From a virus, in the IMG/VR virus record IMGVR_UViG_3300033144_003548: a stretch of DNA of 64,000 nt. One strand, written 5' to 3'. Made by a program: the position numbers and the translations under genes. This document shows, piece by piece, positions 46,788 through 56,344 of this stretch (its first letter is position 1; each line of letters begins with the position of its first letter). Below the pieces are notes generated by a model. The model searched no databases, was not told the DNA's origin, and saw only the letters and a program-made list of their open reading frames with translations.

Positions 46788-47549
46788 CTAACTTCTAACT
46801 TTTCTACTGGCATTTACTTCCTCTCCTTTTACAATAATATCTATCTTCCTAGCACAAACTTTATGATAACCTAATGGACACTTATCACAATCAGGATTCT
46901 GGTTAAAACACCAATCCCTACCGATATACCAAGCTGGTTTGTCTAGAGCACCTGGATACTTTGGATTTTCCTGTCTGGCAACCTCAATGATATGGTGTAT
47001 GTCATCATACTCTGCCAAACCTGAGCGTAAGAAAACTTGTCTAATATGTTTGTCATAAGAAACATCAATATCGTGCAAACTCACGCCAAGACCGCAATCT
47101 CTGACAAGAATATTAACAGCCATCGAAGCTTTCTTCTGACCAATTCCTTTGAATTGAACAAATCGGTCATAAATAGTTTTCGCAGACGCAGTATCGTTCC
47201 AAATATTTGCAGCATTTCCTTTATAGCTGTATGCCAATTTGTCTATTGCTGACACTACAAATTTTGCCATATTTCTCCAATATCTGCACCCAACTTCCTT
47301 CAAGTCCTCTGCGATTCCACTCTCACCGAGCTTATAAAGAGTCTTTCCCAAATCTCCCCAATCCCAATCCAATTTGCCAGGGATTGCCCAAACTTTCTCA
47401 GCCCTCATTCCCTGATCTAAAATTACGGCAATTAAATATCCATTTGGATTAGTTTTTGCGAGTTGAACACCGTCCCATTGATAATCATTACCCTCAAGTA
47501 ATGAACCAAATCCCAACAAATAAGCAGTTACTTCCTTCATTCTCCTCAA
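46788..47549 (-). CDS. HhH-GPD (endonuclease III-like) glycosylase with Fe-S loop
   Basis: FKGIGQKKASM, D.H, CFNQNPDCDKCPL...C. Confidence 0.8.
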   Translation of the reverse strand: MRRMKEVTAYLLGFGSLLEGNDYQWDGVQLAKTNPNGYLIAVILDQGMRAEKVWAIPGKLDWDWGDLGKTLYKLGESGIAEDLKEVGCRYWRNMAKFVVSAIDKLAYSYKGNAANIWNDTASAKTIYDRFVQFKGIGQKKASMAVNILVRDCGLGVSLHDIDVSYDKHIRQVFLRSGLAEYDDIHHIIEVARQENPKYPGALDKPAWYIGRDWCFNQNPDCDKCPLGYHKVCARKIDIIVKGEEVNASRKVRS

Positions 47550-47679
47550 CTTAATCTTACCCTTCCTTTTTCCTTTTTCTTGAATAGAAAAATACCTTTA
47601 CAATAATTGCACTTCTCTATCGTAATATTATCATCCTCATAAATAATACTCAACATATAGGAACAATCGGGACAACTTT

Positions 47680-47928
47680 TCATTGTATTATATGCTTATG
47701 CCAATGGTCTTTTATTTTCCTTTCATCTCTCAAGCTTCTATAGTTAGGAAATATCGTCCTAACTACCGCCTCTATCTTCCTAACTTCGTTCTCTGTAGGT
47801 TGCCTATGCTCGTTGAATACGACCATCGGAATCTTACAAGTAGAACAGTCTACAATTACACACAAACTGTTTGAATAATATTTTTGCGTAATAATTTTAC
47901 CATTTACTAACTTGCATAGCTCACACAT
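47680..47928 (-). CDS. HIT-like small protein
   Basis: CELC N-terminus, HWHKH C-terminus. Confidence 0.55.
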   Translation of the reverse strand: MCELCKLVNGKIITQKYYSNSLCVIVDCSTCKIPMVVFNEHRQPTENEVRKIEAVVRTIFPNYRSLRDERKIKDHWHKHIIQ

Positions 47929-48743
47929 TATACTCTAATAAATTTCTTGCCCTTTTTCAAGACAATCTCTATATTTCTCAGTTCCTTGCCCTGAAAATAT
48001 GCCACTGCGTGACCTTTCGTTAATATGGGAAGAGAGATTACAAACGTATTCAAATGGAATCTCAATTTATAGTGGTGAACGTGACCAAATATGTATATTC
48101 TAGGTACTAAGTAATTTAGTAACTCTTCCAAAGCTGGTTCACCCAACCCTTTAAATACTCCTGTAGGTGGCTGATGAGTAACTAAAATATCAACATCTTT
48201 CAAGTGGGACAGATAAAGTATTTCCCTGAAAGAGATATTTTTCGATGTATCTCTTAGAAAATTTCTACTCCTAATTATACCATTTAATCCAGCAATTGTT
48301 AGTCCTCTAATTTCCTGGTGTAAAGCTAAAGGCTCTAGACACTGCACATCATCGTGATTGCCCCTAACAAAGTATCCTTTATGTTTCCACTTATTCACAA
48401 TCTCAAGGTTGTGAAGGTTAGCCAGATCATCCTCAGTGGCAAAATCTCCAACAGAAATGAAGAAATCAAATGGTTCTTCAGCCAACAAGATTTGGTTTAA
48501 TCTATCAAAATGCCCGTGACAATCCCCTACGAGGATTACTTTATTCTTGAACAGTGCCTTCTTACAAATCTCGATGGCTTCCTCTATATTGGCAAACGCC
48601 CACTCCAAACACGGTCTACACAGAGTAATATAGTTATCCTCTATGTCTTCTCTATCGAATCGTGCAACTTCAAGATTATCAAATTTGTGACCACATCGTT
48701 TGCAAGTCCACCTATCCCTTTGTTTTATCTTCTCCAAGTCCAA
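47928..48743 (-). CDS. Metallophosphoesterase with an N-terminal degenerate HNH-like domain
   Basis: RDRWTCKRCG...N.ITLCRPC; GDCHG, GD, GNHD, THQPP, FGHVH. Confidence 0.8.
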   Translation of the reverse strand: MDLEKIKQRDRWTCKRCGHKFDNLEVARFDREDIEDNYITLCRPCLEWAFANIEEAIEICKKALFKNKVILVGDCHGHFDRLNQILLAEEPFDFFISVGDFATEDDLANLHNLEIVNKWKHKGYFVRGNHDDVQCLEPLALHQEIRGLTIAGLNGIIRSRNFLRDTSKNISFREILYLSHLKDVDILVTHQPPTGVFKGLGEPALEELLNYLVPRIYIFGHVHHYKLRFHLNTFVISLPILTKGHAVAYFQGKELRNIEIVLKKGKKFIRV

Positions 48744-49148
48744 TTATTTTCCCATCCTTTGTAATCTTAAAGTTAAATATACTTATATTGGAGTATTTAT
48801 TCCTGCCAAAATCCGTTATCTTTTTCCAGCAAAAGAACTCTTCCTCTGGTGTAAGTTTTCTACCTAATCTCGTTTCCACTGCTCTTAAAATTTTAGTATC
48901 TTGATATTCTGGACCTAAGTGATCTGCTATCTTCTGACACGCAGCATCTAAAACTCTTCCAATCTTTGATTTACTAAGACCTACTAACTCGCTTGCTGCA
49001 TTTAACGAGTACTGCTCTTTGGTTATTGCTAAGACTAATAACTCCACCTCTGATAATGCTCCACTCTCCGAAAGTTGGGAAATGGCTGAATCAATATCCA
49101 ATTTAACACTTTCCTCACAAAAATAATAAGTTCGGATAATCTCTTTTA

Positions 49149-49895
49149 CTATGACCATTTATTCCATCTTCCAAATTGCTTCTCCTTACCTAAACAATGC
49201 TCAAGGAAATAGCAACGAGCACAATCCCTGTCCAAATTCCTCAAAAACACATTAGAATTAATCTTGGACTCGACTTTGTTTACTTCGTTAAGTAAAACAT
49301 CAAAATCATCTTCAGTTCTTGTCGTTACCAAATCCTTCATAGTACCTAAATGCCTCAACACCAATCCCTTCTCCCGCTCACCATAGACTTGCCTATAGAC
49401 GTAACTATAAATGGTGAACTGCAAGTCCAAATCCAGTTGGGTTTGGGTCGGTTTTACTCCAGTTTTTAAATCAACTACCATATCATCGTGAGTAATTTGA
49501 TCAAAAACCGCAACTACATTATACTGACCTAGCTTTATACCATCTTTCCTGCTAATGAAGTGCTCCACCTTCTTTGGTGGCGGAACATTCTTGATATACT
49601 TATCGTAATACTTGGTAACAAGTTTCTGACCTTCGTTCAGCTTATTTAAATAATCCTTTTCGTGCAAGAAAACTATATCTTTTCCAGAAGCTAATTGAAT
49701 CCACTCCTGCTTAAATACCTTAGCCATATCTTCCTTGCTTAAACCACTCTCATAAGCTAGTTTTATAGTCCTATGAACTGCTGTTCCATATATAGAGGCA
49801 GATGATTCTACTAAGGGAACTTTCTTCACATACCTCAAGTAGTACATATATTCACACGTCATTAAGGTGTGCAGCATTGTATACGAGATGTCCAT
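49149..49895 (-). CDS. PD-(D/E)XK exonuclease (RecB/Cas4-like)
   Basis: SY..L....C, GTAVH, VDLKTG, QFTIY, CARCYF...C. Confidence 0.85.
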   Translation of the reverse strand: MDISYTMLHTLMTCEYMYYLRYVKKVPLVESSASIYGTAVHRTIKLAYESGLSKEDMAKVFKQEWIQLASGKDIVFLHEKDYLNKLNEGQKLVTKYYDKYIKNVPPPKKVEHFISRKDGIKLGQYNVVAVFDQITHDDMVVDLKTGVKPTQTQLDLDLQFTIYSYVYRQVYGEREKGLVLRHLGTMKDLVTTRTEDDFDVLLNEVNKVESKINSNVFLRNLDRDCARCYFLEHCLGKEKQFGRWNKWS

Positions 49896-50480
49896 TATGG
49901 GATCTCCTTATCTGCTAATGCTAGTAGCCTATCTTCCTCTACCATTATTCGTCCTCTTCCTCTAGTAAGCTGCCACCACGACTACCAGTAACTTGGTGAT
50001 ATGAATCAGTCCTATAAAGCTCCTTGTTCGACTTCCACGCTTCAATTTTGCCATAAAGGATGGTAATTTCTCTTTTCTTACTTATAATCCTTGACATCAA
50101 ACCGTCAAGATACTTCTCATCCTTATCACTATTACCAATTACTTTAACATAGTCAACAGCCCTACTTTTATTAGAAATATCACTTGACAGGGCATCTTTT
50201 ACATTGTGAGCCTTTGCTTTTTCAAATTCCCACTCCAAATTTGCCAAGTCTGTCTTCACATCAGCTAACTCATTAGTCAGCTTAACATAGTCATCTATAT
50301 CTGGTCTAGTCGGTAATGCCATTAATAACTCCTTTTGCTTTCCTTCCTGCGTCTAGGTTATCTGGAACACTCTCAAAATACAAAAGCTTGAACGCATCCC
50401 AAAGAGTCAGTTCATCTGTATCTCTATTATACTTCTCGCAAAGATACCACAATCTCATACAAGACTCTGCCCAAGCATCA

Positions 50481-51497
50481 TTAAGACTCATTGGATACTT
50501 CCTCATTCTCTTCACTCGCTGGTATCTCCTTCTCTATTTCGATATTAGCACTTGTAGCTTTTTCGAAAAGCTCTTTTCTCAGGTCAGGACTCTCCTTCAA
50601 AAGCGTAGCAAATTTATCCATTCCTTGAGCTTTATGTTCACCGTAATTAAACCAAGAACCTCTCTTCTCTACAATTCCAACCTTCTCACAAGCAATAATT
50701 AAATCGGCATCAATATCAATACCTTTTGCGTGATGGATGAGCAAAGTAGCAACTCCATAAGGTATAACATCCCAATCTTTACCCTTATCTACGGTTACTC
50801 TAGTTTCTATAGATTGTTCCGCTCTATTCTCAGTTCCCCACATACTAAGTTTAATATCTGAAAAATATTGTAAAGCCATACCACCTTTGGGAGATTTTTT
50901 GCCTCCCCACTTACCAATTTCATACGAAAGCTGATTGACAGTAATAAAGATAGCTTCCTTACGTCTAATAGGTTGCTGAATCTTTCTTATAAAATCACTC
51001 ACTGCTCTAGCTTGCGTGCCAATGTTAAATCCCTTGTCCATATCCTCAGTTTTCTGCTTCTTCTCTAAGTCGGCTTTTGGTGTGGCTGCTGAAATAGAAT
51101 CCATCACAATAACTTTGGCATCATAATTCCTCACGGCTTCAATACAAAGATTGAACACTAGCTCGGCATAGTCTGCTGCCACAAGGTGGAAATTCTTTGC
51201 ATTAATGTCTACACCACAAGCTTCCGCATATTGTTCGCTGTATTTCTCAAGCGGGATTAACAGTGTGCTATATCCAGCTTTTACCGCTTGGGCTGTTATA
51301 TGGTACGCCAGTGTTGTTTTACCTGACTTTTCAGGTCCATATAACTGACTAATTGAACCACCTGGGATTCCGCCACCAAGAACTTTATCGAGTGTTAGAA
51401 TCCCTGTAGGTAATCTCCAAGTAACCCTACCAGGAGGAACATAAACACTATCATTTTTATTTACAAATGTGTCAATTAATTCTTTCGTATCTTTCAT
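50481..51497 (-). CDS. recA: RecA/UvsX recombinase
   Basis: PTGILTLDKVLGGGIP, GPEKSGKTT, DSISA, GGMALQYF, KRGSWFNY. Confidence 0.92.
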   Translation of the reverse strand: MKDTKELIDTFVNKNDSVYVPPGRVTWRLPTGILTLDKVLGGGIPGGSISQLYGPEKSGKTTLAYHITAQAVKAGYSTLLIPLEKYSEQYAEACGVDINAKNFHLVAADYAELVFNLCIEAVRNYDAKVIVMDSISAATPKADLEKKQKTEDMDKGFNIGTQARAVSDFIRKIQQPIRRKEAIFITVNQLSYEIGKWGGKKSPKGGMALQYFSDIKLSMWGTENRAEQSIETRVTVDKGKDWDVIPYGVATLLIHHAKGIDIDADLIIACEKVGIVEKRGSWFNYGEHKAQGMDKFATLLKESPDLRKELFEKATSANIEIEKEIPASEENEEVSNES

Positions 51498-52072
51498 TAT
51501 TTTACCTCTTCCTCGGTAATAACATCCAGTTGGACTCCAGCCAACTCAAACAATTTTTCCGATAGCGGAAAGTTATATTGCCTCTTTGCAGGGTTATCTC
51601 CATCTTTGATTGGTTTATCACTGGAGTAACCACTACCACTCTTACCAAGACATACCACTCTCTTAATACCAGCTTGGATAATCTCTTTCGCACAATTGAT
51701 GCAAGGCGTACCACAATAGCAGTAGAGGGTAGTTCCTACAGTTGATATACCCATTCTGGCTGCTTGCATTATTGGGTTTATCTCGGCGTGTACGGCTACA
51801 CAATACTCCATCCCTTCACCACTAGGAAATCCCATTCTTTGTCTTGGACATTTATTTGAAACAAAACGGTCAGTATATTGCCCAGTGTCATCTCTGTAAT
51901 CACAGTGAGGAACATCTTTTGGAGGTCCATTATAACCAGTTCCTACCACGTGCTTACCCTTCACAAGAACAGCACCAATTTGCCTAGAAAGACATTTACT
52001 CATACCCATCCAGAGTTTTGCTTCTTTCATAAAATGCAAATCCCACTCATATTGACTTCTATGCTTTTCCAT
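51497..52072 (-). CDS. dCMP deaminase
   Basis: SKCLSRQIGAVLV, GYNG, HAEINP, PCINC. Confidence 0.9.
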   Translation of the reverse strand: MEKHRSQYEWDLHFMKEAKLWMGMSKCLSRQIGAVLVKGKHVVGTGYNGPPKDVPHCDYRDDTGQYTDRFVSNKCPRQRMGFPSGEGMEYCVAVHAEINPIMQAARMGISTVGTTLYCYCGTPCINCAKEIIQAGIKRVVCLGKSGSGYSSDKPIKDGDNPAKRQYNFPLSEKLFELAGVQLDVITEEEVK

Positions 52073-52074
52073 AC

Positions 52075-52416
52075 TTACCTTACCCCCTCATAAATTACTT
52101 CTATTCTTGAACTGGCACAAATAAACTTGTGTTTACAACTTTCGCATTTGTCTAAAAATCCTGGAGTATCAAATGCCCCGACTTTGCAGAGGTAGCGAGG
52201 CTCATCACTACCACACTCGCACCACATAGGGTCTGGTTTGTAGTCATACCCTGCGGGTGAAATCCCCGAAAATGGTATTACCATTCCTGATGAAAGCGGA
52301 ATATAACCACCAGTTTGAGGATTGCCATTTTTTACATATTTATAAATAACAGCTTTCCCACATTCTATACAACCTGCCACCACGCAAATAATTTCTTCTC
52401 TAGCTGCCGTTACCAT
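52075..52416 (-). CDS. Cys-module protein (variant)
   Basis: CESCKHKFICASSR. Confidence 0.6.
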   Translation of the reverse strand: MVTAAREEIICVVAGCIECGKAVIYKYVKNGNPQTGGYIPLSSGMVIPFSGISPAGYDYKPDPMWCECGSDEPRYLCKVGAFDTPGFLDKCESCKHKFICASSRIEVIYEGVR

Positions 52417-52815
52417 TACCCTTTTTTCAAATTACTCATCTCTACGAAGCAATCTTCTCTCCATTGTAATTGCTTAACATAGGAATTGTAATCCATTCCT
52501 TTTAATGATTTCTTATAAGTTTGGAAATAAATCGCTAATTCCGCCTCTTGTCGCTTTACGAGAAGTAAAGGTAATACGTCCCTTAAAAACTTGACTGCAT
52601 CATTAGCCTTCAACTCCCAAGCATACTTTGTCTTATATGTAGCTTTCCGCTTATCTTTTACTTTACCAACAAAACCACCATAGAGTGTCTTACAGTTATC
52701 CAACACAGATTTATTGCTATTGGTTTAGTACCTAGTGTATAATCATAACAATCACCAAACTTACTACCACGTTTGCGAAATCTCTTATTTATTCTTATAC
52801 ACCATTCACCCCAAA
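52416..52815 (-). pseudogene. Degenerate LAGLIDADG homing endonuclease
   Basis: FWGEWCIRI...Y.L in one frame; TNSNKSVL...YGG...YAW...A.KFL..VLP.L.VKRQEA in another. Confidence 0.6.
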
Positions 52816-54843
52816 ATCAAGAGGCATCAGCCAAAGTTGTTGCCCGTTTTCGTTGTCTTCTACACCATCATCCTTAAACCAACAGTCCCTTATTTTAACG
52901 TCAACAAGAACGGGAACTTTCTTTAAAAATTTCTCACCCGCAAAAATCATTTTCCTCTTTACTAGCTTGGCAACTTCAATGGTATACTCATAAGGAACTT
53001 CAATACAAAGCTCATCGTGGATAGTATTCACCATCCTTGCAGAATACTGCCACAAAACTCTATCAAGATAAACCATTGAAGTCTTTGTCATATCAGCAGA
53101 AGTGCCTTGGATTGGGTGATTCCTACCAACTCGCTCATAAAAAGCTTTCATTTTTTTATAGTCTTCTGCTTTAGGATCTAAAGAAGGAAACCATCTAATC
53201 CTACCACCAATGGTTTTGCTACGACCCTCTTCAAAAGCTTTTGCTCCCTTTTCCTTTAACCACTGCATTAAGGTAGGGTATGTCTCCTCATATTTCTGCA
53301 AGTGTCCAGCAGCCTCATCAGAACTACATCCCAACCTCTCTGCCAACGTCTTAACACTCATCCCATAAATAAGCCCAAAGTTGATTGTCTTTGCAGCCCT
53401 TCTCAAGTCACCGCTAACATTTTCATAAGGAACACCATACATCTCCGCAGCAGTACCTCTATGAATATCTCCACGTGGATCATTAAGGATTCTCAACATA
53501 GTCTCATCACCACTCATCTCCGCAGCAATCCTAAGCTCTATCTGAGAGTAATCAGCGATAACAAACTTGTGACCAGGTTCTGGAATAAAGCAAGATCTCA
53601 AAATTTTTCCCTCATCACCTTTCTTCTGGATATTCTGCAAGTTTGGTTCTGAACTACTAAACCTGCCACTGTCAGTCCCATTCTGATTAAATTTAGCGTG
53701 AATCCTTCCATCCTCACGGATATGATCAATCAGGTTCTCACCGAAAGTTTTCTCAGTCTGCTTCAAACCACGATACTTAATGATGTTCTTAATAACTCCA
53801 GCTTTTGTAGAATCCCCTTTATACATTTCAGCAGCCACTTTCAAAGTAGCATTATTAGTCAACCCTGCTTTAGTCTTTTTATTTGCTTCTTCAAAACTAA
53901 TTCCAACTCTGCCACAAGAATCTACTAACTGCTGCCAGCTATCAAGATTAAGGACAGGCGGTGGTTTTTGTTTTGCGGTGTTAGCATAAGGTGTACCATC
54001 TTTTCTCAACCTTACTGGCTTAGGTGGTGGAGCAGGAGGATCTGGAAGAACCTGACGTATGTCGTTGCTAATTTTGAACAACTTCTTCTTCAATTCAGCA
54101 AGAGTTACTCTCCACTTCCCCGCATCCAGTTTTATACCAGCAAGCTCCATCTTTGCTACTGGAGCGATTAAAGCAAACTCTAACTCAGCAATCGCATTAA
54201 GATTTAGCTGATTTAGATACATCTGTTGCCTTCTCCTAATCCCTGGGAGCACTAGCACATCATCAGCAGCATATGCTAATTGTTTCTCTGTAAATTCCCC
54301 ATCATAAGGAAAATCGGCAAAGGTTATCGTTATACCTTTGTCTAGTTTGTAGTCTAGATATTTAACAGACAAATCGCCCAAAGATGTTCCGTCCTTACTT
54401 ACACCCACATTAAGCAAAAATTCCCCTATTTTGGTATCGTACATACCATTAATCTGTATGTTTCTAAGAACACTTAGAAGTTTGTAATCATAGTTACCAT
54501 TCTGGACTATTTTAATATACTTACCATCTTCCAGAATTTCTTTAAATGGATTTAAGTCAACTCTTCGGGCATCAATAACATAAGCTTTACCACCAACTTC
54601 AATTTGGAAAAGCAAGAGCTTCACACCTGGAACAAGAACATCTAGACCACCACTATTCTCTGTGTCTATTCCTAAATACTTTTCCTTTTTTGCGTCTGCT
54701 ATGATAAGTGGTACGCTCTTCTGGTCAGTTATATATTCATAATTGCCCAAACCTGTTGAACTCACTAGCGTTTGCACTCCACTTAATCTCCTCTCCACTT
54801 GCCATATGGTAAGTAACATTAACCATCTCAGAGTCTGTCCCAT
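52795..54843 (-). CDS. polA: Family A DNA polymerase with 3'-5' exonuclease (true start probably near 54750)
   Basis: GIDTE, YAADD, GRFSSSEPNLQNI, ADYSQIELR, RRAAKTINFGLIYG, TIHDEL. Confidence 0.95.
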   Translation of the reverse strand: MGQTLRWLMLLTIWQVERRLSGVQTLVSSTGLGNYEYITDQKSVPLIIADAKKEKYLGIDTENSGGLDVLVPGVKLLLFQIEVGGKAYVIDARRVDLNPFKEILEDGKYIKIVQNGNYDYKLLSVLRNIQINGMYDTKIGEFLLNVGVSKDGTSLGDLSVKYLDYKLDKGITITFADFPYDGEFTEKQLAYAADDVLVLPGIRRRQQMYLNQLNLNAIAELEFALIAPVAKMELAGIKLDAGKWRVTLAELKKKLFKISNDIRQVLPDPPAPPPKPVRLRKDGTPYANTAKQKPPPVLNLDSWQQLVDSCGRVGISFEEANKKTKAGLTNNATLKVAAEMYKGDSTKAGVIKNIIKYRGLKQTEKTFGENLIDHIREDGRIHAKFNQNGTDSGRFSSSEPNLQNIQKKGDEGKILRSCFIPEPGHKFVIADYSQIELRIAAEMSGDETMLRILNDPRGDIHRGTAAEMYGVPYENVSGDLRRAAKTINFGLIYGMSVKTLAERLGCSSDEAAGHLQKYEETYPTLMQWLKEKGAKAFEEGRSKTIGGRIRWFPSLDPKAEDYKKMKAFYERVGRNHPIQGTSADMTKTSMVYLDRVLWQYSARMVNTIHDELCIEVPYEYTIEVAKLVKRKMIFAGEKFLKKVPVLVDVKIRDCWFKDDGVEDNENGQQLWLMPLDFGVNGV

Positions 54844-55204
54844 CAGTTATAGTAATATTATCTCCATAAACCCAAGTAGTATATGGTTGTGGTATTGGAC
54901 TACCTGTATCATAAGGCTGATATGGGACCCAAGGTTTTATATCTAATGGAAATGGAACATTACCATTACCATCTTTATCAGAACCACCAATTTCGATAGC
55001 AATTCTGTTCATTCTTAGTTTAATTTCGCTGGTAACTTCCTCAAGAGCTTGTTCTCTTGTCCGCCCTTTTGCCATTAATGCCTCAAATAGCCCCTGAAAA
55101 ATTGGGTCGGAAAATATTCTCTCCTGAGTAAAGCACTCGAACTTGTGAGGACACTGAGCACACAAACACTTCTCTTCTAACGCTTTACCCTTATGATGTT
55201 TCAT
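54737..55204 (-). CDS. Cys-module protein, paralog of 3370-3842
   Basis: KCLCAQCPHKFECFTQERIFSDP. Confidence 0.7.
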   Translation of the reverse strand: MKHHKGKALEEKCLCAQCPHKFECFTQERIFSDPIFQGLFEALMAKGRTREQALEEVTSEIKLRMNRIAIEIGGSDKDGNGNVPFPLDIKPWVPYQPYDTGSPIPQPYTTWVYGDNITITDGTDSEMVNVTYHMASGEEIKWSANASEFNRFGQL

Positions 55205-55207
55205 TAT

Positions 55208-55603
55208 TTACCCCGTTTCAACCCCTGTTGAAAGTATCTTTCTCAACTCGCTAAGATCATCTAATTCTTTTGGAAGGATACCAAGTTCTACTCTATGCTC
55301 TGTTTCAATAAGAGCAAGAGCATTCCACGCAACTGCTGCCAAATGATCTTCATCACTACTCCCACCTAGATAAGCATATGCGTGTCTTATCGCAGAATCT
55401 AGATACCTGGCAAATGGTTGACCCTTCTCCCAATTCCTGTCACCGTACTTATCAGCACCATTTTCATAATGTTGTGCTAATCTTTTTAAAGCGTAGGGTG
55501 GAATCAAGTCAAATCTCCCCTTGCCTTTGTTAGTGTCTCTTTTACTCCCAGTATTAAATTCCTGGCGTTCACCACTATCTTTAACTTCATTAAATTGTTT
55601 CAC
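55208..55603 (-). CDS. dATP/dGTP diphosphohydrolase-like protein (DUF5664)
   Basis: GKGRFDLIP, GADKYGDRNWEKG, DSAIRH, DHLAAVAWN. Confidence 0.85.
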   Translation of the reverse strand: MKQFNEVKDSGERQEFNTGSKRDTNKGKGRFDLIPPYALKRLAQHYENGADKYGDRNWEKGQPFARYLDSAIRHAYAYLGGSSDEDHLAAVAWNALALIETEHRVELGILPKELDDLSELRKILSTGVETG

Positions 55604-56027
55604 CTTTCCTCTCCTTTTTATACTTCTTAGTACAAGCTTGTGCTAAATCATTTGCTCTTTTATTATCCCAACGACTTATATTCTTTAGCTCTACCTTAAA
55701 AGGAGCTATACTGATTAACTCGTGTACCTTTTGTTTAAGCTCTCTAAGATGAGGAAAATTAATCTTCCATCCTTGAGTAATCTGACTGTAGACAATTCTA
55801 CTGTCGGTATATACAACGCAATCTCTTCTTGCGACATTCAATACAATCAGTCGTTTCAGAGCTTCAATGACAGCCTTATATTCAGCTTCATTGTTGGTAA
55901 TATTATCACCTAGATATTGTTCAGCTTCCTCAAATAATTTGCCATCTAGGTAAATAACAATACCAACTCCACCAATTCCTGGATTCGCTCTAACAGACCC
56001 ATCTACCCACACTTCAAACATCCTCAT
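55590..56027 (-). CDS. rnhA: Ribonuclease HI
   Basis: VDGSVRANPG, TNNEAEY, YTDS, NKRANDLA. Confidence 0.9.
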   Translation of the reverse strand: MRMFEVWVDGSVRANPGIGGVGIVIYLDGKLFEEAEQYLGDNITNNEAEYKAVIEALKRLIVLNVARRDCVVYTDSRIVYSQITQGWKINFPHLRELKQKVHELISIAPFKVELKNISRWDNKRANDLAQACTKKYKKERKGETI

Positions 56028-56344
56028 TCTCCTCGACCAAGTTTGGTAGAAATACTGCTCTAATGCCTATCCTTGGATCTTCCCCCTTCTCAATCTTGAC
56101 GACAACAGATTGAATACCACGAAGAGGTTCATCATTTATAAAAACTTTAGTGTTGCTAAATTCTCCATCTCCAATCATCTTGTAAATGCCTAGTAAGACT
56201 ACCCTAGAGAGTGAACCTATATCCTCATCAACCTCTACCACAGAACCGCCCTCATCAATACGGATAGTACACTTATTCCATCTCTCGATTAGTACCTCAT
56301 CTTTCCAAATTTTGGTGTGTTGCCAACTACCATCTCCCTCGATT

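Noticed and set aside
49149-49895. Cas4 of a CRISPR system
   Set aside because: Stand-alone PD-(D/E)XK exonuclease in a recombination cluster near RecA, which is common in phages.
2858-55204. Cys module as a DNA repeat, MITE or diversity-generating retroelement target
   Set aside because: Nucleotide sequences differ at synonymous sites, there are no terminal repeats, and no reverse transcriptase or template repeat is in the window.
55208-55603. Evidence of a 2-aminoadenine (Z) genome
   Set aside because: No PurZ is visible in the window, and this hydrolase family alone is not diagnostic.
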